This document shows positions 27,666 to 37,666 of a stretch of DNA of 64,000 bases, piece by piece. This DNA is from Alphaproteobacteria bacterium (GTDB lineage: Bacteria > Pseudomonadota > Alphaproteobacteria > Bin95). Position 1 is the first letter of the stretch, and every line of letters begins with the position of its first letter. The notes under the pieces are model-generated. The model did no database searches. It was not told the origin of the DNA and worked only from the letters and a program-made list of their open reading frames with translations. Location: the NCBI GenBank assembly GCA_965200785.1, contig CBDAVA010000003.1, forward strand, positions 2,086,205 to 2,150,204, written 5' to 3'. Made by a program: the position numbers and the translations under genes.

Positions 27666-29265
27666 CTCTTTCCTCCCGTTTGGCGCGCTCCCAGAGGCGG
27701 TCCAGCTCGGCCAGCGGCGCCGCCGCCATTGCCAGACCCTCCTCATGCGCAGCAGCCTCGACCCGGCGGAAGCGCTGCTCGAAACGCGCATTCGCATCAC
27801 GCAACGCCGTTTCCGGCGCGACGCCAAGTTTACGCGCGAGGTTGACAACCGAAAACAGCAGGTCGCCGAGTTCGGCCGGAATATCCGCGTCCGGGGCAGC
27901 AATCTCGTCCAGTTCCTCGCGGACCTTGTCGAAGACCGGCTCGGGCGTCGGCCAGTCGAACCCCGTCCGGGCGGCGCGGCGCTGGAGCTTCTCCGCACGC
28001 ATCAAGGCGGGCAGGGCCGGTGGCACATCGTCAAGAGCGCTCATCCGCGCGGCGCCGGCGGCAGCGGCCCTTTGCTGCCGCTCGCGTTCCTTGTGCGCTT
28101 CCCAATTCGCCGTTTGCGCATCGCTGTCAGCCGACATGTCCTTACCGAACACATGAGGATGCCGCGCGATCATCTTGGCCGAAATCGCATTGACAACATC
28201 GCTGAAGGCGAATGCGCCGCGTTCCTCGGCGATGCGGGCGTGGAACACAACCTGCAGCAGCAGATCGCCCAGCTCCTCGCACAGCGCCGCGAGGTCGCCG
28301 CTGCGGACAGCCTCGACCACTTCATAGGCTTCTTCCACCGTATAGGGCGCGATGGTCTCGAAGCCTTGCTCGATATCCCAGGGACAACCGATTGTCGGCG
28401 CGCGGAGGGTCGCCATGATTTCCAGAAGGGAATCAATGGGTTGTGATCCATTTATCGCATAATGGATATTATGGGAAATAATAGCAGGTGCATTCGGGAC
28501 GATGTCGATGGTCATGCCGTCAATGCCCGGCCGCACGCCTTCGGGCAATGCCGCCGCCACGCTGCGATAATCCATATGGTGGTTGAGATGCGTGAGCACA
28601 GCCTGTTGCGGCGCAAGCCGCGCGATCCATTCAAGCACTTTCGGCAGAAAGGCATGATTGCCGCTCGGCAGGTCCGCATGGCCGGCTCCGACAATCCAGG
28701 TCTCGACTCCCGCAAGCGCCTCGAAGGCGGCGGCGTCCAGCGCCGAGACATCGGTGCTGTAGGCGAAGGCGCCGACCCGGAGACCTGTGGACCGCCCTCT
28801 CCCGTGCTGCTGCTCGAACGCCTTGAAGGCGATGCCGGCAATCTCGAAGGCGGCGCCGACCGGATGCGGCCTCAGGCAGGGACGAAAATATGGCGGCCCG
28901 TCAACGGGTTCGGCAAAGGCATAGGGAAACCGGTTCCGGATCCGCTCCAGCACCTCGGCGCGGCCATAGATGTCCAGCGGGCCGCCCCGCTCGGTGCACA
29001 GGGTCTTCAGGTCGTCAATGCCGTGAATATGGTCGGCATGAGCATGGGTGTAGATGACGGCGTCCAGCCGGCCGCCGCCGACAGCAAGCCACTGTTCGCG
29101 AAAGTCCGGCCCGGTATCGACGACGATACGCGCCCCCCCGGCTTCGATCAGAATCGCAGGCCGCCGCCTGCGGTTGCGCGGATCGTGCGGATCGCACGCG
29201 CCCCAATCGCCGCTGGCAACCGGAACGCCGGCGGAGCCGCCGCAGCCGAGAATCGTTACGCGCAA
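27655..29265 (-). CDS. Single 536-aa ORF containing an MBL-fold metallo-hydrolase domain (aa 1-265) and a MazG nucleoside-triphosphate pyrophosphohydrolase domain (aa ~280-536).
   Basis: The N-terminal part reads RVTILGCGGSAGVP…HAHADHIHG. From IDSLLEIMATLRAPTIGCPWDIEQGFETIAPYTVEEAYEV onward it aligns to E. coli MazG. No stop lies between them. The junction is a ~40-bp 25%-GC stretch at 28446-28485. A possible separate mazG start is the ATG at 28416. Confidence 0.65.
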   Translation of the reverse strand: MRVTILGCGGSAGVPVASGDWGACDPHDPRNRRRRPAILIEAGGARIVVDTGPDFREQWLAVGGGRLDAVIYTHAHADHIHGIDDLKTLCTERGGPLDIYGRAEVLERIRNRFPYAFAEPVDGPPYFRPCLRPHPVGAAFEIAGIAFKAFEQQHGRGRSTGLRVGAFAYSTDVSALDAAAFEALAGVETWIVGAGHADLPSGNHAFLPKVLEWIARLAPQQAVLTHLNHHMDYRSVAAALPEGVRPGIDGMTIDIVPNAPAIISHNIHYAINGSQPIDSLLEIMATLRAPTIGCPWDIEQGFETIAPYTVEEAYEVVEAVRSGDLAALCEELGDLLLQVVFHARIAEERGAFAFSDVVNAISAKMIARHPHVFGKDMSADSDAQTANWEAHKERERQQRAAAAGAARMSALDDVPPALPALMRAEKLQRRAARTGFDWPTPEPVFDKVREELDEIAAPDADIPAELGDLLFSVVNLARKLGVAPETALRDANARFEQRFRRVEAAAHEEGLAMAAAPLAELDRLWERAKREERDAG

Positions 29266-30038
29266 GCCCGCGCCTTCGGAAACAACCGGAAGAAGTTTTC
29301 CGTCGAGGCCGCAGCGAAGGCTTCCGCCGATATGCCCTTCAGGCCTGCCGCAACCGCTGCGGTATGCACCACATAGGCGGGTTCGTTGCGCTTGCCGCGC
29401 AGCGGCGCCGGCGCAAGGAAGGGCGCATCGGTCTCGACCAGCAACCGGTCCAGCGGCACATCCGCTGCAATGGCGCGCAAGTCACCCGAATTGCGGAAGG
29501 TCACAATCCCCGAAAGCGAGATATAAAGACCCAGTTCCAGAGCCTTTTCTGCAAGATTGCGGCCGCTGCTGAAGCAGTGCATGACGCCCGGGACCCGCCC
29601 TGCCCCCTCTTCCTCCAGAATCGAGGCCGTGTCCGAATCGGCATTGCGGCTATGCACGATGAACGGCACGCCCGCCTTCTCCGCAGCACGGATATGGCGC
29701 CGGAAACTCTCCTGCTGCAAGTCGCGCGGGCTGCGGTCGTAATGGTAATCGAGGCCCGTTTCACCGAGCGCCACGACTTTGGGATGCCGGGCGAAATCGA
29801 CCAGATCGCCCTCGTCCGGCATGCCCTCGGCTGCGACATGATGCGGATGCAGCCCGATGGCGCAGAAGATGCGCGCATGGCTCTCGGCGAGCGCGACCAC
29901 CGCCGCAGCCTGTCTCGGGCGGGTGCAGATCGTGACCATGCACCCGACGCCGGCTGCTTCCGCACGCGCGACGAGGGCATCCACCTCGCCGTCGAAATCC
30001 GGGAAGTCGAGATGGCAGTGGCTATCGACCAGCATCAT
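29256..30038 (-). CDS. tatD: TatD-family metal-dependent deoxyribonuclease/hydrolase.
   Basis: Motifs VDSHCHLD, GETGLDYH and VETDAPF are present. The metG-tatD-MBL synteny supports this. Confidence 0.9.
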   Translation of the reverse strand: MMLVDSHCHLDFPDFDGEVDALVARAEAAGVGCMVTICTRPRQAAAVVALAESHARIFCAIGLHPHHVAAEGMPDEGDLVDFARHPKVVALGETGLDYHYDRSPRDLQQESFRRHIRAAEKAGVPFIVHSRNADSDTASILEEEGAGRVPGVMHCFSSGRNLAEKALELGLYISLSGIVTFRNSGDLRAIAADVPLDRLLVETDAPFLAPAPLRGKRNEPAYVVHTAAVAAGLKGISAEAFAAASTENFFRLFPKARACA

Positions 30039-31585
30039 TCTTCTCCGCCGGTATATCGGGGAAAGACGCCTTCCGGCTTCGGCAGTGCCGCGCCGGGCTG
30101 CAGCGTGCCGGCCTCGCCGAACGCCGCGAAATCCCGCGCTTCCGGGTCCACGGCCAGCTGGTCGAGGATGCGGTGCGACGCATCCGGCATGAAGGGCAAG
30201 GTTGCAAGCGCAAGCCCCCGGATGGTTTCCGCCGCGACGAACAGCACGGTCGCCATGCGAACAGGATCGCTCTTCCGCAGCGTCCAGGGTTCCTGGCGGG
30301 CGACATAGGCATTGGCGGCCCGGACGACACGCCAGATCGCTTCCAGCGCCTCGTGGAACGCCTGCCGGTCCATTGCCGGGCGCAAAGACGGCAACAGGCC
30401 CCGAACGCCGTCGAGCAGCGCGTTGTCCTCGGCCGAGAATTGCGCCGGCCGGGGCAGTTGCCCGCCGTAATTCCTTGCAATCATCGACAGCGTGCGCTGC
30501 ACCAGATTGCCGTAGTCATTGGCCAGCTCGCCGTTCATCCGCTGGACCATCGACCGCCGGGAAAAGTCGCCGTCATTGCCGAACGGCACTTCGCGAAGCA
30601 GGAAATAACGCAGTTGATCCAGGCCGTAGCGCTCAATCAGGTCATACGGATCAATGACATTGCCGACCGACTTGGAGATCTTCTCGCCCTCATTGGTCCA
30701 CCAGCCATGGGCAAACACCCGCTTTGGCGGCGACACACCGGCGGCCATGAGAAAGGCCGGCCAATAGACCGCATGAAAACGCACGATGTCCTTGCCGACC
30801 ATATGGAGATCGGCGGGCCAGTAGCGCTGAAAGGACGGCTGACCGGTATCGGGATAGCCGACCGCGGTGATGTAGTTGGTCAGCGCATCCAGCCAGACAT
30901 ACATGACATGGGCGTCGTCTCCCGGAACGGGAATGCCCCAGTTGAATGTGGTGCGCGACACCGACAGGTCCTGGAGACCGCCCCGAACGAAGCTGACGAC
31001 CTCATTGCGCCGGCTCTGCGGCCCGATGAAGTCCGGATTCGCCTCGTAGAACGCCAGCAGGCGGTCCTGCCACGCCGAGAGCCGGAAGAAATAGCTCGGC
31101 TCCTCCACCCACTCGCATTCGGCGCCGGTCGGCGCAATGCGGGCGCCGTCTTCACGCCGGACGACCTCGGCCTCGGTAAAGAACGCCTCGTCGCGAACCG
31201 AATACCAGCCTGCATAGCTGCCCGGATAGATGTCGCCTGACGCCACCAGCGCCTGCCAGATGCCCTGGCTTGCAAGCGTGTGCCGCCGCTCCGTGGTCCG
31301 GATGAAGTCGTCATGCGAGACATGGAGCGTCTGCGCCAGGCGGCGAAAATTCTCCGACATTCGGTCCGTGAAGGATTGCGGCGCATCGCCCGCGGTCGCA
31401 GCGGCCTTCTCGACCTTCTGCCCATGCTCATCCGTTCCGGTGAGGAAATGGACATCATATCCGTCGAGCCGTTTGAACCGCGCCAACACATCGCAGGCCA
31501 ATGTCGTATAGGCATGGCCGATATGCGGTGCATCATTGACGTAGTAGATCGGCGTGGTGATGTAGAACGGCGTGCCGTCGCTCAT
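30035..31585 (-). CDS. metG: Methionyl-tRNA synthetase (short form).
   Basis: HIGH motif (PHIGHAY), KMSKS (KISKS) and a zinc knuckle are present. It overlaps tatD by 4 nt. Confidence 0.9.
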   Translation of the reverse strand: MSDGTPFYITTPIYYVNDAPHIGHAYTTLACDVLARFKRLDGYDVHFLTGTDEHGQKVEKAAATAGDAPQSFTDRMSENFRRLAQTLHVSHDDFIRTTERRHTLASQGIWQALVASGDIYPGSYAGWYSVRDEAFFTEAEVVRREDGARIAPTGAECEWVEEPSYFFRLSAWQDRLLAFYEANPDFIGPQSRRNEVVSFVRGGLQDLSVSRTTFNWGIPVPGDDAHVMYVWLDALTNYITAVGYPDTGQPSFQRYWPADLHMVGKDIVRFHAVYWPAFLMAAGVSPPKRVFAHGWWTNEGEKISKSVGNVIDPYDLIERYGLDQLRYFLLREVPFGNDGDFSRRSMVQRMNGELANDYGNLVQRTLSMIARNYGGQLPRPAQFSAEDNALLDGVRGLLPSLRPAMDRQAFHEALEAIWRVVRAANAYVARQEPWTLRKSDPVRMATVLFVAAETIRGLALATLPFMPDASHRILDQLAVDPEARDFAAFGEAGTLQPGAALPKPEGVFPRYTGGEE

Positions 31586-31645
31586 GGGGGGCGGATTTCC
31601 GGGTCCCGAAACGGACGCGGTTGTCCCATATCTCGCTTGCGGGAA

Positions 31646-32659
31646 TCAAGCGCCAACGCCGGGCCTTCTGCCGGCGGCCGCTTGTGCGAGCATTTGGAAA
31701 ATATCGCCCACGACCTGGCGGCGGTCCAGCGACAGGGCGACGCCGCGATCCAGCAGGCGGGATATTCGGGGTTCGGTTTCCAGCCAAGCGGCGCCCGCCC
31801 CGGCCGTGCGCAAGCGCGCGGCCAGGCTCATCATCAGAATCCGCCCGAAAGCCTCGAAACGCGCCGGCTCCCGGCTCTCGGTCACGGCTGCGGCAATCCG
31901 CTCCAACACCGGGCGGTCTAGGTCGGGAAGGTTGTCGAACAAGGTGTCGATGGCTTCCTTGAACATGGGCCCGTCGAGCTGTTCCAGTTCAAGCGCCGCG
32001 CCGGGGCTGCCGCCGGAAACCGCGAAGAGACGGCCGCGCGCCTCTGAATCCGTCTCGGGTGCAATGCCGCGAAGCACGTCATCGAAGGCCGCCCGATCGA
32101 GCGGCGCCAGCCGGAGCATGCGGCAGCGCGACCGCACCGTCTCGAGCAGCAGCGTTGGCCGATGGACAACCAGCAGAATCAACACATTGGGCGGCGGCTC
32201 TTCCAGAAGTTTCAGAATGGCGTTCTGCGCATTCGGATTCATGGCGTCGGCGCCGTCCACAATCAGCACGCGCCAGACCCCCTCCCCCGGTGTCAGGCGC
32301 AGAAAGCGAATCGCCGCCCGCACATCATTGACGCCGATCTCGCCGCCGGCGCCGGCCGGCTCAAGAACCCGCAGGTCAGAATGACCGCCGGCCGCGACAC
32401 GCCGAAACACCGGATTGTCCGCAGCCACATGAAGCGGCGGCATTTCCGTTTCCGCCAGGAAGCCGCGGCCCTCGCCGGCCAGCAGGTATCGGGCGAAGCG
32501 AAAGGCGAGCGTCGCCTTTCCGATTCCCCGCGGCCCGGCGACCATCCAGGCATGATGCAACCGGTCCGACGCAGCGGCGGATGCCAGTATTCCAACGGCG
32601 GCGGCATGGCCGACAAATCGATCCTGCCTGCGCGGCTCCGGCGGCGCCTCGCCGCTCAT
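31646..32659 (-). CDS. holB: DNA polymerase III delta-prime subunit.
   Basis: AAA+ clamp-loader motifs (GPRGIGKATLA, VLIVDGADAMN, SRC). The ATG at 32659 overlaps the tmk TGA (ATGA). Confidence 0.85.
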   Translation of the reverse strand: MSGEAPPEPRRQDRFVGHAAAVGILASAAASDRLHHAWMVAGPRGIGKATLAFRFARYLLAGEGRGFLAETEMPPLHVAADNPVFRRVAAGGHSDLRVLEPAGAGGEIGVNDVRAAIRFLRLTPGEGVWRVLIVDGADAMNPNAQNAILKLLEEPPPNVLILLVVHRPTLLLETVRSRCRMLRLAPLDRAAFDDVLRGIAPETDSEARGRLFAVSGGSPGAALELEQLDGPMFKEAIDTLFDNLPDLDRPVLERIAAAVTESREPARFEAFGRILMMSLAARLRTAGAGAAWLETEPRISRLLDRGVALSLDRRQVVGDIFQMLAQAAAGRRPGVGA

Positions 32660-33276
32660 GGCAGATTGAAGCGTTCTGCGACGACAGTTCGCACCGCCGC
32701 CGCCACGCCGTCGCAATCCTGCTCGGCATCTATCACGGCGATGCGGTCCGGTTCGCGGCGCGCGCTTTCCATGAAACCCTGGAGGACAAACCGGTGCACG
32801 GGGTCGGCCATCGCTTCATAGCGGCTCGGCTGGCGGGCCCGCTTCCGCTCCCGGGCGGCTTCCACGGAAATGTTCAGGAACAATGTCAAATCCGGCCGCA
32901 ATGCGCCGATCGCGAGACGGCGGAGCCGCGCCTCGTCATCCAGCGCAACTCCCTGGCCGTAACACTGATAGGCGATGGTGGAATCATAGAACCGGTCGGA
33001 GAGCACCCACTGTCCGGCGGCGAGCGCCGGTCGGATGCGTTTCTCCACATGTTCGCGCCTTGCGGCATAATGCAGCAGCGCTTCCGCAAGCGGGTCCCAG
33101 TCGGCCTGACCGGAGACGAGCAGCTCACGTATCGCTTCCGCTTCCGGTGTGCCGCCCGGCTCCCGCGTGCACATAACCGGAATGTTCAGACTGCGGAGAT
33201 AGCCGGCAAGCAGGGGAAGCTGGGTTGATTTCCCTGCCCCGTCCCCGCCCTCGAAGGTAATCAGCCTACCGGTCAC
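32656..33276 (-). CDS. tmk: Thymidylate kinase.
   Basis: P-loop FEGGDGAGKST and the DRY/LID region are present. tmk-holB synteny supports this. Confidence 0.9.
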   Translation of the reverse strand: MTGRLITFEGGDGAGKSTQLPLLAGYLRSLNIPVMCTREPGGTPEAEAIRELLVSGQADWDPLAEALLHYAARREHVEKRIRPALAAGQWVLSDRFYDSTIAYQCYGQGVALDDEARLRRLAIGALRPDLTLFLNISVEAARERKRARQPSRYEAMADPVHRFVLQGFMESARREPDRIAVIDAEQDCDGVAAAVRTVVAERFNLP

Positions 33277-34403
33277 GCCGCAGGATCGAAGCCGAATAAC
33301 AGGGCCTGCAGTCTCTGGATGATGCGGCCGAAGAAGCCGATCCGCTCTATTTCCACGCCGGCATAGAGCGGATGCTCAACCGGCAGCGCGCCGGGCGCCT
33401 CCAGGCGGAGCGTTGCAATCTGCTGGCCCGCCGCAATCGGGGCAGCCAGCGGGCCGGCCCAGGTCACGGAAGCCTTGAGGCCGGAGCGCGCCTGGCGTTT
33501 CAGCGACAGCAGGATATCCCGGTCCGGCACCAGCGGCACACGGTCCTGGCTGCCGAGCCACACGGCCGCCGTCTCAACGGTCTCCCCCTTTTTCAGCAAG
33601 GGATAGGCGGCGAATTCCCGGAAACCCCATTCGATCAGCCGCTCCGCCTCTCTCGCCCGCTGCCGACTGTTGCTCAACCCGCCCATTACAAGGTAAAGCC
33701 GGCGTCCGTCACGCTCGGCAGAGGCGGCCAAGCCGTAACCCGACGCCTTCGTATAGCCGGTCTTCAGGCCGTCAACGCCGAGTTCCCTGCCGAGCAGCGG
33801 ATTGCGGTTTCTTTGCGTGATCCTGTTATATCTGAACTCCTGCTCCCCAAACGTCTTGTAATACTCGGGAAACTCGGTCGCCAGGATTTGCGAGAGGTGC
33901 GCGAGATCGCGCATGGACGCCAGGTGCTCCGGATGCGGCCAGCCGGTCGCGTTTTGGAAAGTGCTTCTGGACAGTCCCAACTCGCGGGCGCGCGCCGTCA
34001 TGGCCTCGGCGAAAGCCTCTTCGCTGCCCGAAATACCTTCGGCAAGGACGACCGACGCATCATTGCCCGATTGCACGATGACGCCGCGCAACAGATCCGA
34101 GATCGAGACGCGCGTATTGACGCGCACAAATGTCTTGGAGCCGCCCGTCTTCCAGGCCTTGCGGCTGACCGGAAATGTCTGCTCCATGTCGAGCACACCG
34201 GCTTTCAGGCGCTCGAACACCATCAGCACGGTCATCAGCTTGCTCATCGACGCTGGCGGCAGCGGCTCATCCGCCCCCTTTTCAAGCAGCACCGTGCCGG
34301 TTGTCCCGTCGATCAGTATCGCGTTCGGCGCGATTGTCGTGTCGGCCCGGGCGTCGGCGACCGAGAACAGCAACACCAGCGTGGCAGCGAAAACAAACCG
34401 CAT
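33273..34403 (-). CDS. D-alanyl-D-alanine carboxypeptidase (serine-type, PBP5/DacC family).
   Basis: Signal peptide, the active-site motifs SMSKLMT, SGN and KTG, and a C-terminal beta-sandwich domain. Confidence 0.85.
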   Translation of the reverse strand: MRFVFAATLVLLFSVADARADTTIAPNAILIDGTTGTVLLEKGADEPLPPASMSKLMTVLMVFERLKAGVLDMEQTFPVSRKAWKTGGSKTFVRVNTRVSISDLLRGVIVQSGNDASVVLAEGISGSEEAFAEAMTARARELGLSRSTFQNATGWPHPEHLASMRDLAHLSQILATEFPEYYKTFGEQEFRYNRITQRNRNPLLGRELGVDGLKTGYTKASGYGLAASAERDGRRLYLVMGGLSNSRQRAREAERLIEWGFREFAAYPLLKKGETVETAAVWLGSQDRVPLVPDRDILLSLKRQARSGLKASVTWAGPLAAPIAAGQQIATLRLEAPGALPVEHPLYAGVEIERIGFFGRIIQRLQALLFGFDPAA

Positions 34404-34415
34404 GAAGTGTGTCTC

Positions 34416-35291
34416 CTACCCCCTTGAACGAACTACGAATGCGTCCTGCGGGCCGCGCGCCTGCACCCGGGCCCGCAGCGCCTGAGCGGACTGCCGATTC
34501 TCCTCGGGACCGACGCGGACCCGATGCAAAGTCCGGCCGTTATCCGCCTTGCTGGAATGAACCGACACGCTTGCGAAATGCTGCCTCAACCGTTCAGCCA
34601 TGGTCTCGGCGTTCTTGCGATCGCGAAACGTGCCCGCCTGAACGTAGTAGAACCGGGGTCCGGTGTTGCCGTCGCGGCGGAATTTGGCGACGAGCCGGTC
34701 CTGTTTTCGCGCGCCGCCGCCGCTCTTCGCGATTTCGGCGACCTGGCGGCTCAACTCCGGCAGCAGTTCCACACGAACCTCGGTGACCCCCTTGCGCCGG
34801 AAACCGATCTTTTCGGCCGCAGTAAGCGACAGGTCGATGATGCGGTCATGCGCATATGGCCCCCGGTCGTTGACCCGGACCACGGCGCTGCGGCCATTGC
34901 TCAGATTGGTGACGCGCACGACGCTGGGCAATGGCAGGGTGCGATGCGCAGCCGTCATCGCATACATGTTGAAGACTTCGCCATTCGCCGTTTGGCGGCT
35001 GTGGAATTTGTGCCCGTACCATGACGCAATACCGGTTTCGGAGAAGCGTTCATACGTCTTGGGGCGGTACCAGCGTTCGGCAATCCTGTATGGCGCGCCG
35101 ACCTTGTAGCTGCTGGCATTATGGGTGAGCGGCCGCAACGGCGACGCCGGGACGCCGAGAGTCTTGCCGCCGGCCTTGACGGTCCGTTCGACAGCGGTCT
35201 CGGATGCTGCCTTGGGCGCCGCCTTGGGCGCTTCCGGCGAGCTGCAGGCGCTGGCGAACAAAACCGCGAACAGGACAAAGAGGCGAATCAC
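34416..35291 (-). CDS. rlpA: Septal ring lytic transglycosylase RlpA-family lipoprotein with a C-terminal SPOR domain.
   Basis: A DPBB motif GIASWYG…TANGE and a C-terminal SPOR domain (YYVQAGTF…). The GTG at 35291 is preceded by GGAGGA and overlaps the upstream TGA. Confidence 0.8.
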   Translation of the reverse strand: MIRLFVLFAVLFASACSSPEAPKAAPKAASETAVERTVKAGGKTLGVPASPLRPLTHNASSYKVGAPYRIAERWYRPKTYERFSETGIASWYGHKFHSRQTANGEVFNMYAMTAAHRTLPLPSVVRVTNLSNGRSAVVRVNDRGPYAHDRIIDLSLTAAEKIGFRRKGVTEVRVELLPELSRQVAEIAKSGGGARKQDRLVAKFRRDGNTGPRFYYVQAGTFRDRKNAETMAERLRQHFASVSVHSSKADNGRTLHRVRVGPEENRQSAQALRARVQARGPQDAFVVRSRG

Positions 35292-36301
35292 CGTCGTCCT
35301 CCGACTGCATCCGACAACAGCCCGACCGTCAGCGCATACAGGTTCGAGCAATTGTAGCGCAGCACGCTTTCGTAGTTTCGATAAACCAGGAAGGCGCGTC
35401 CCTCCGCGCCGTCCGGCATGACAAGCCGTGCATCAAGCTTCACGGCCGGCAGTGCGGCTCCCGAAAGCCGGCGGACGCCCGCCTCTTGCCAGGAGCCAAG
35501 GCTTCGCGGCTCCGTCATCAGCCGCTTGGCCCGGCATCCCTGCGCGGCGTTGTCGCGCATCGCCGCATAGCGCTGCCTGACCGCTTCCGGAACTTGCACG
35601 CCGCGCCCCCAGGTGCGCGCATCGGACCATCCGTGACGCTGGAGATAATTTGCAATTGAAGCAAAAACATCGCCGAGATCACTCCATATGTCGCGTCGGC
35701 CGTCGCCGTCGAAGTCCTGAGCGTAGGCGATGTAACTCGACGGAATGAATTGCGGATGGCCCATGGCGCCGGCCCATGAGCCTTTCATTTGGTCAAGCTC
35801 GATATACCCCCGGTCCACCATCCGCAATGCGTCGAGTAGTTGCCCGCGAAAAAAACTGGCGCGGCGCCGGTCGAAAGCGAGCGTTGCGAGCGCCCGGACT
35901 ATGCCCGTTTTTCCCTTGATGGCGCCGTATCGGGTTTCGATTCCCCAGATTGCGACAATAAAACGCGGCTGTACGCCGTAGCGCGCCGAAACCTGCCGCA
36001 ACAGTTCGCCGTGCCTGGCCATCATCGCCCTGCCCCGCTCGATCACCGGCTGCTTGAGCACGCGGGCGCTGTAGGTCTCGAAAGTGAGTTTAACCTCCGG
36101 CTGCTTGCGGTCGCGTTCCAGAACCCGCTCCAGCGGCCGAAGCCCGGTCAGCGCGGCCTCCAGTGTCGCAGCCGAGATCCCCTCTCCGGCGGCTTCGGCG
36201 CGGAAACCGGCCAGCCAGTCGTCAAAGCCGTCGGCCTGGCCCGCACCGCCCGTGCAGACAATGGCGGCCAGCACCGCAAATGCGACAATGACACGCCGCA
36301 T
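35288..36301 (-). CDS. Lytic murein transglycosylase (MltB family).
   Basis: Signal peptide and MltB-type catalytic region (…[10 protein letters not shown]…), about 337 aa. Confidence 0.8.
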   Translation of the reverse strand: MRRVIVAFAVLAAIVCTGGAGQADGFDDWLAGFRAEAAGEGISAATLEAALTGLRPLERVLERDRKQPEVKLTFETYSARVLKQPVIERGRAMMARHGELLRQVSARYGVQPRFIVAIWGIETRYGAIKGKTGIVRALATLAFDRRRASFFRGQLLDALRMVDRGYIELDQMKGSWAGAMGHPQFIPSSYIAYAQDFDGDGRRDIWSDLGDVFASIANYLQRHGWSDARTWGRGVQVPEAVRQRYAAMRDNAAQGCRAKRLMTEPRSLGSWQEAGVRRLSGAALPAVKLDARLVMPDGAEGRAFLVYRNYESVLRYNCSNLYALTVGLLSDAVGGRR

Positions 36302-36399
36302 TGTCGTTTACCCCCCTGTGCGAACCCCGCAATTGAGGGCCGAACGACCCTGTCGCCACCATATCGAACGATTCGCAGTCTGTCGCGCGGAACGGTCGT

Positions 36400-36712
36400 G
36401 TCTCAGCTTGCAATGAAGGCCCGTGCTGGCGGGTTTTTCGAAACGCGCCCCCGCGCCGCGCCGCTTATATCGCCTCCCTTTCGTCACCCCGGCCGGAGCG
36501 CAGCGGAGAGCCGGGGTCCATCCTCCGCCGTTTCGGCCCTGCGGAAGGATCGGAGGCTGGGCCCCGGCTCAGGGCCGGGGCGACAGTAGGGGCGTTCGGG
36601 GCGGCAACAGGGGGGCCGAGGCGGCGCCGGGGCGTTGGGGGCGGCGGGCCGGGCCTTTCGAGGCCCGGGCTGAGTCTGCCAGAGGAATACGAATGTCAAA
36701 CTGAGGCGCTGC
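36400..36712 (+). repeat. Dispersed GC-rich repeat element (locus C), a single-unit copy.
   Basis: Begins with GTCTCAGCTTGCAATGAAGGCCCGTGCTGGCGGGTTTTTCGAAA and ends with …CTGCCAGAGGAATACGAATGTCAAACTGAGGC. The core is nearly identical to locus A. Confidence 0.65.
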
Positions 36713-36842
36713 CCGCGGAACATTGCTGTTGATACAGTTGGCCATGCCGCGGAGTCGCGGTGTCTTTCCGGGGTTCTTCCGGTTGCGCGGTGCTTCCGTC
36801 ATCATGGCTGTCTTTGGCGCAGGATCGAGGAACGGGAGAAGC

Positions 36843-37586
36843 ATGATGAAACTGGCAGGCAAGACCGCGATAGTGACGGGCGGCGCCTGGGGTATGGGCG
36901 CGGTGACGACCGACCTCCTGGCTGCCGAAGGCGCAGAGGTTGTTGTGGCGGATGTGCTCGAAGACGAGGGGCGGACACAGGCGGAGAAAATCAGGGCGGC
37001 AGGCGGCAGGGCGTCGTTCCACCGTCTCGATGTGACCGACGATTCTGCTTGGGCCGGTCTGGCTGAAGCCAGGCCGGACGCCGATATTCTGGTCAACAAT
37101 GCCGGGATCAGCGGCAGCGCCCATGCCGACCCCTTCGATCTCGATGCCTGGCACAGGCTCATGGCCGTGAATGTGACCGGGGCGTTTCTCGGATGCCGCC
37201 ACTTTGTGCCGAAGATGGCGGCTTCGGGCGGCGGTGTGATCGTCAATATCTCGTCGATTTCGGGCGTTGTCGGCCAGGACAACATCCATCACGGCTATAA
37301 CGCCTCCAAAGGCGCGATCCGAGTGTTGACGAAGTCGCTCGCGGTGCGTCATGCGCCCGAGGGAATCAGGGCGAACTCGATTCATCCGGGGCTGATGCCG
37401 CCGATGCGCACTTCCGGCGCCACCGCGGACCCGGTTGTGCGGCAACGGATGCTGGGCCGGGTGCCGATGGGGCGCAACGGCCGGGCCGATGAGGTCGCCA
37501 AGGCCGTGCTCTTCCTCGCCTCGGACGACAGCAGCTATTGCACCGGCGTCGAGCTTCACGTGGACGGCGGCTTCCTCGCGTCGTAA
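36843..37586 (+). CDS. SDR-family oxidoreductase.
   Basis: GKTAIVTGGAWGMG, NNAG and YNASK motifs are present. The ATG at 36843 is preceded by GGGAGA. Confidence 0.85.
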   Translation: MMKLAGKTAIVTGGAWGMGAVTTDLLAAEGAEVVVADVLEDEGRTQAEKIRAAGGRASFHRLDVTDDSAWAGLAEARPDADILVNNAGISGSAHADPFDLDAWHRLMAVNVTGAFLGCRHFVPKMAASGGGVIVNISSISGVVGQDNIHHGYNASKGAIRVLTKSLAVRHAPEGIRANSIHPGLMPPMRTSGATADPVVRQRMLGRVPMGRNGRADEVAKAVLFLASDDSSYCTGVELHVDGGFLAS

Positions 37587-37666
37587 CGCCGCGCCGCCCT
37601 GCCCGGCTGATCAGGCTTTCCACCGGCCGATACCGGCTCCCGAGAGACAAGGACATATCCCTGCCA

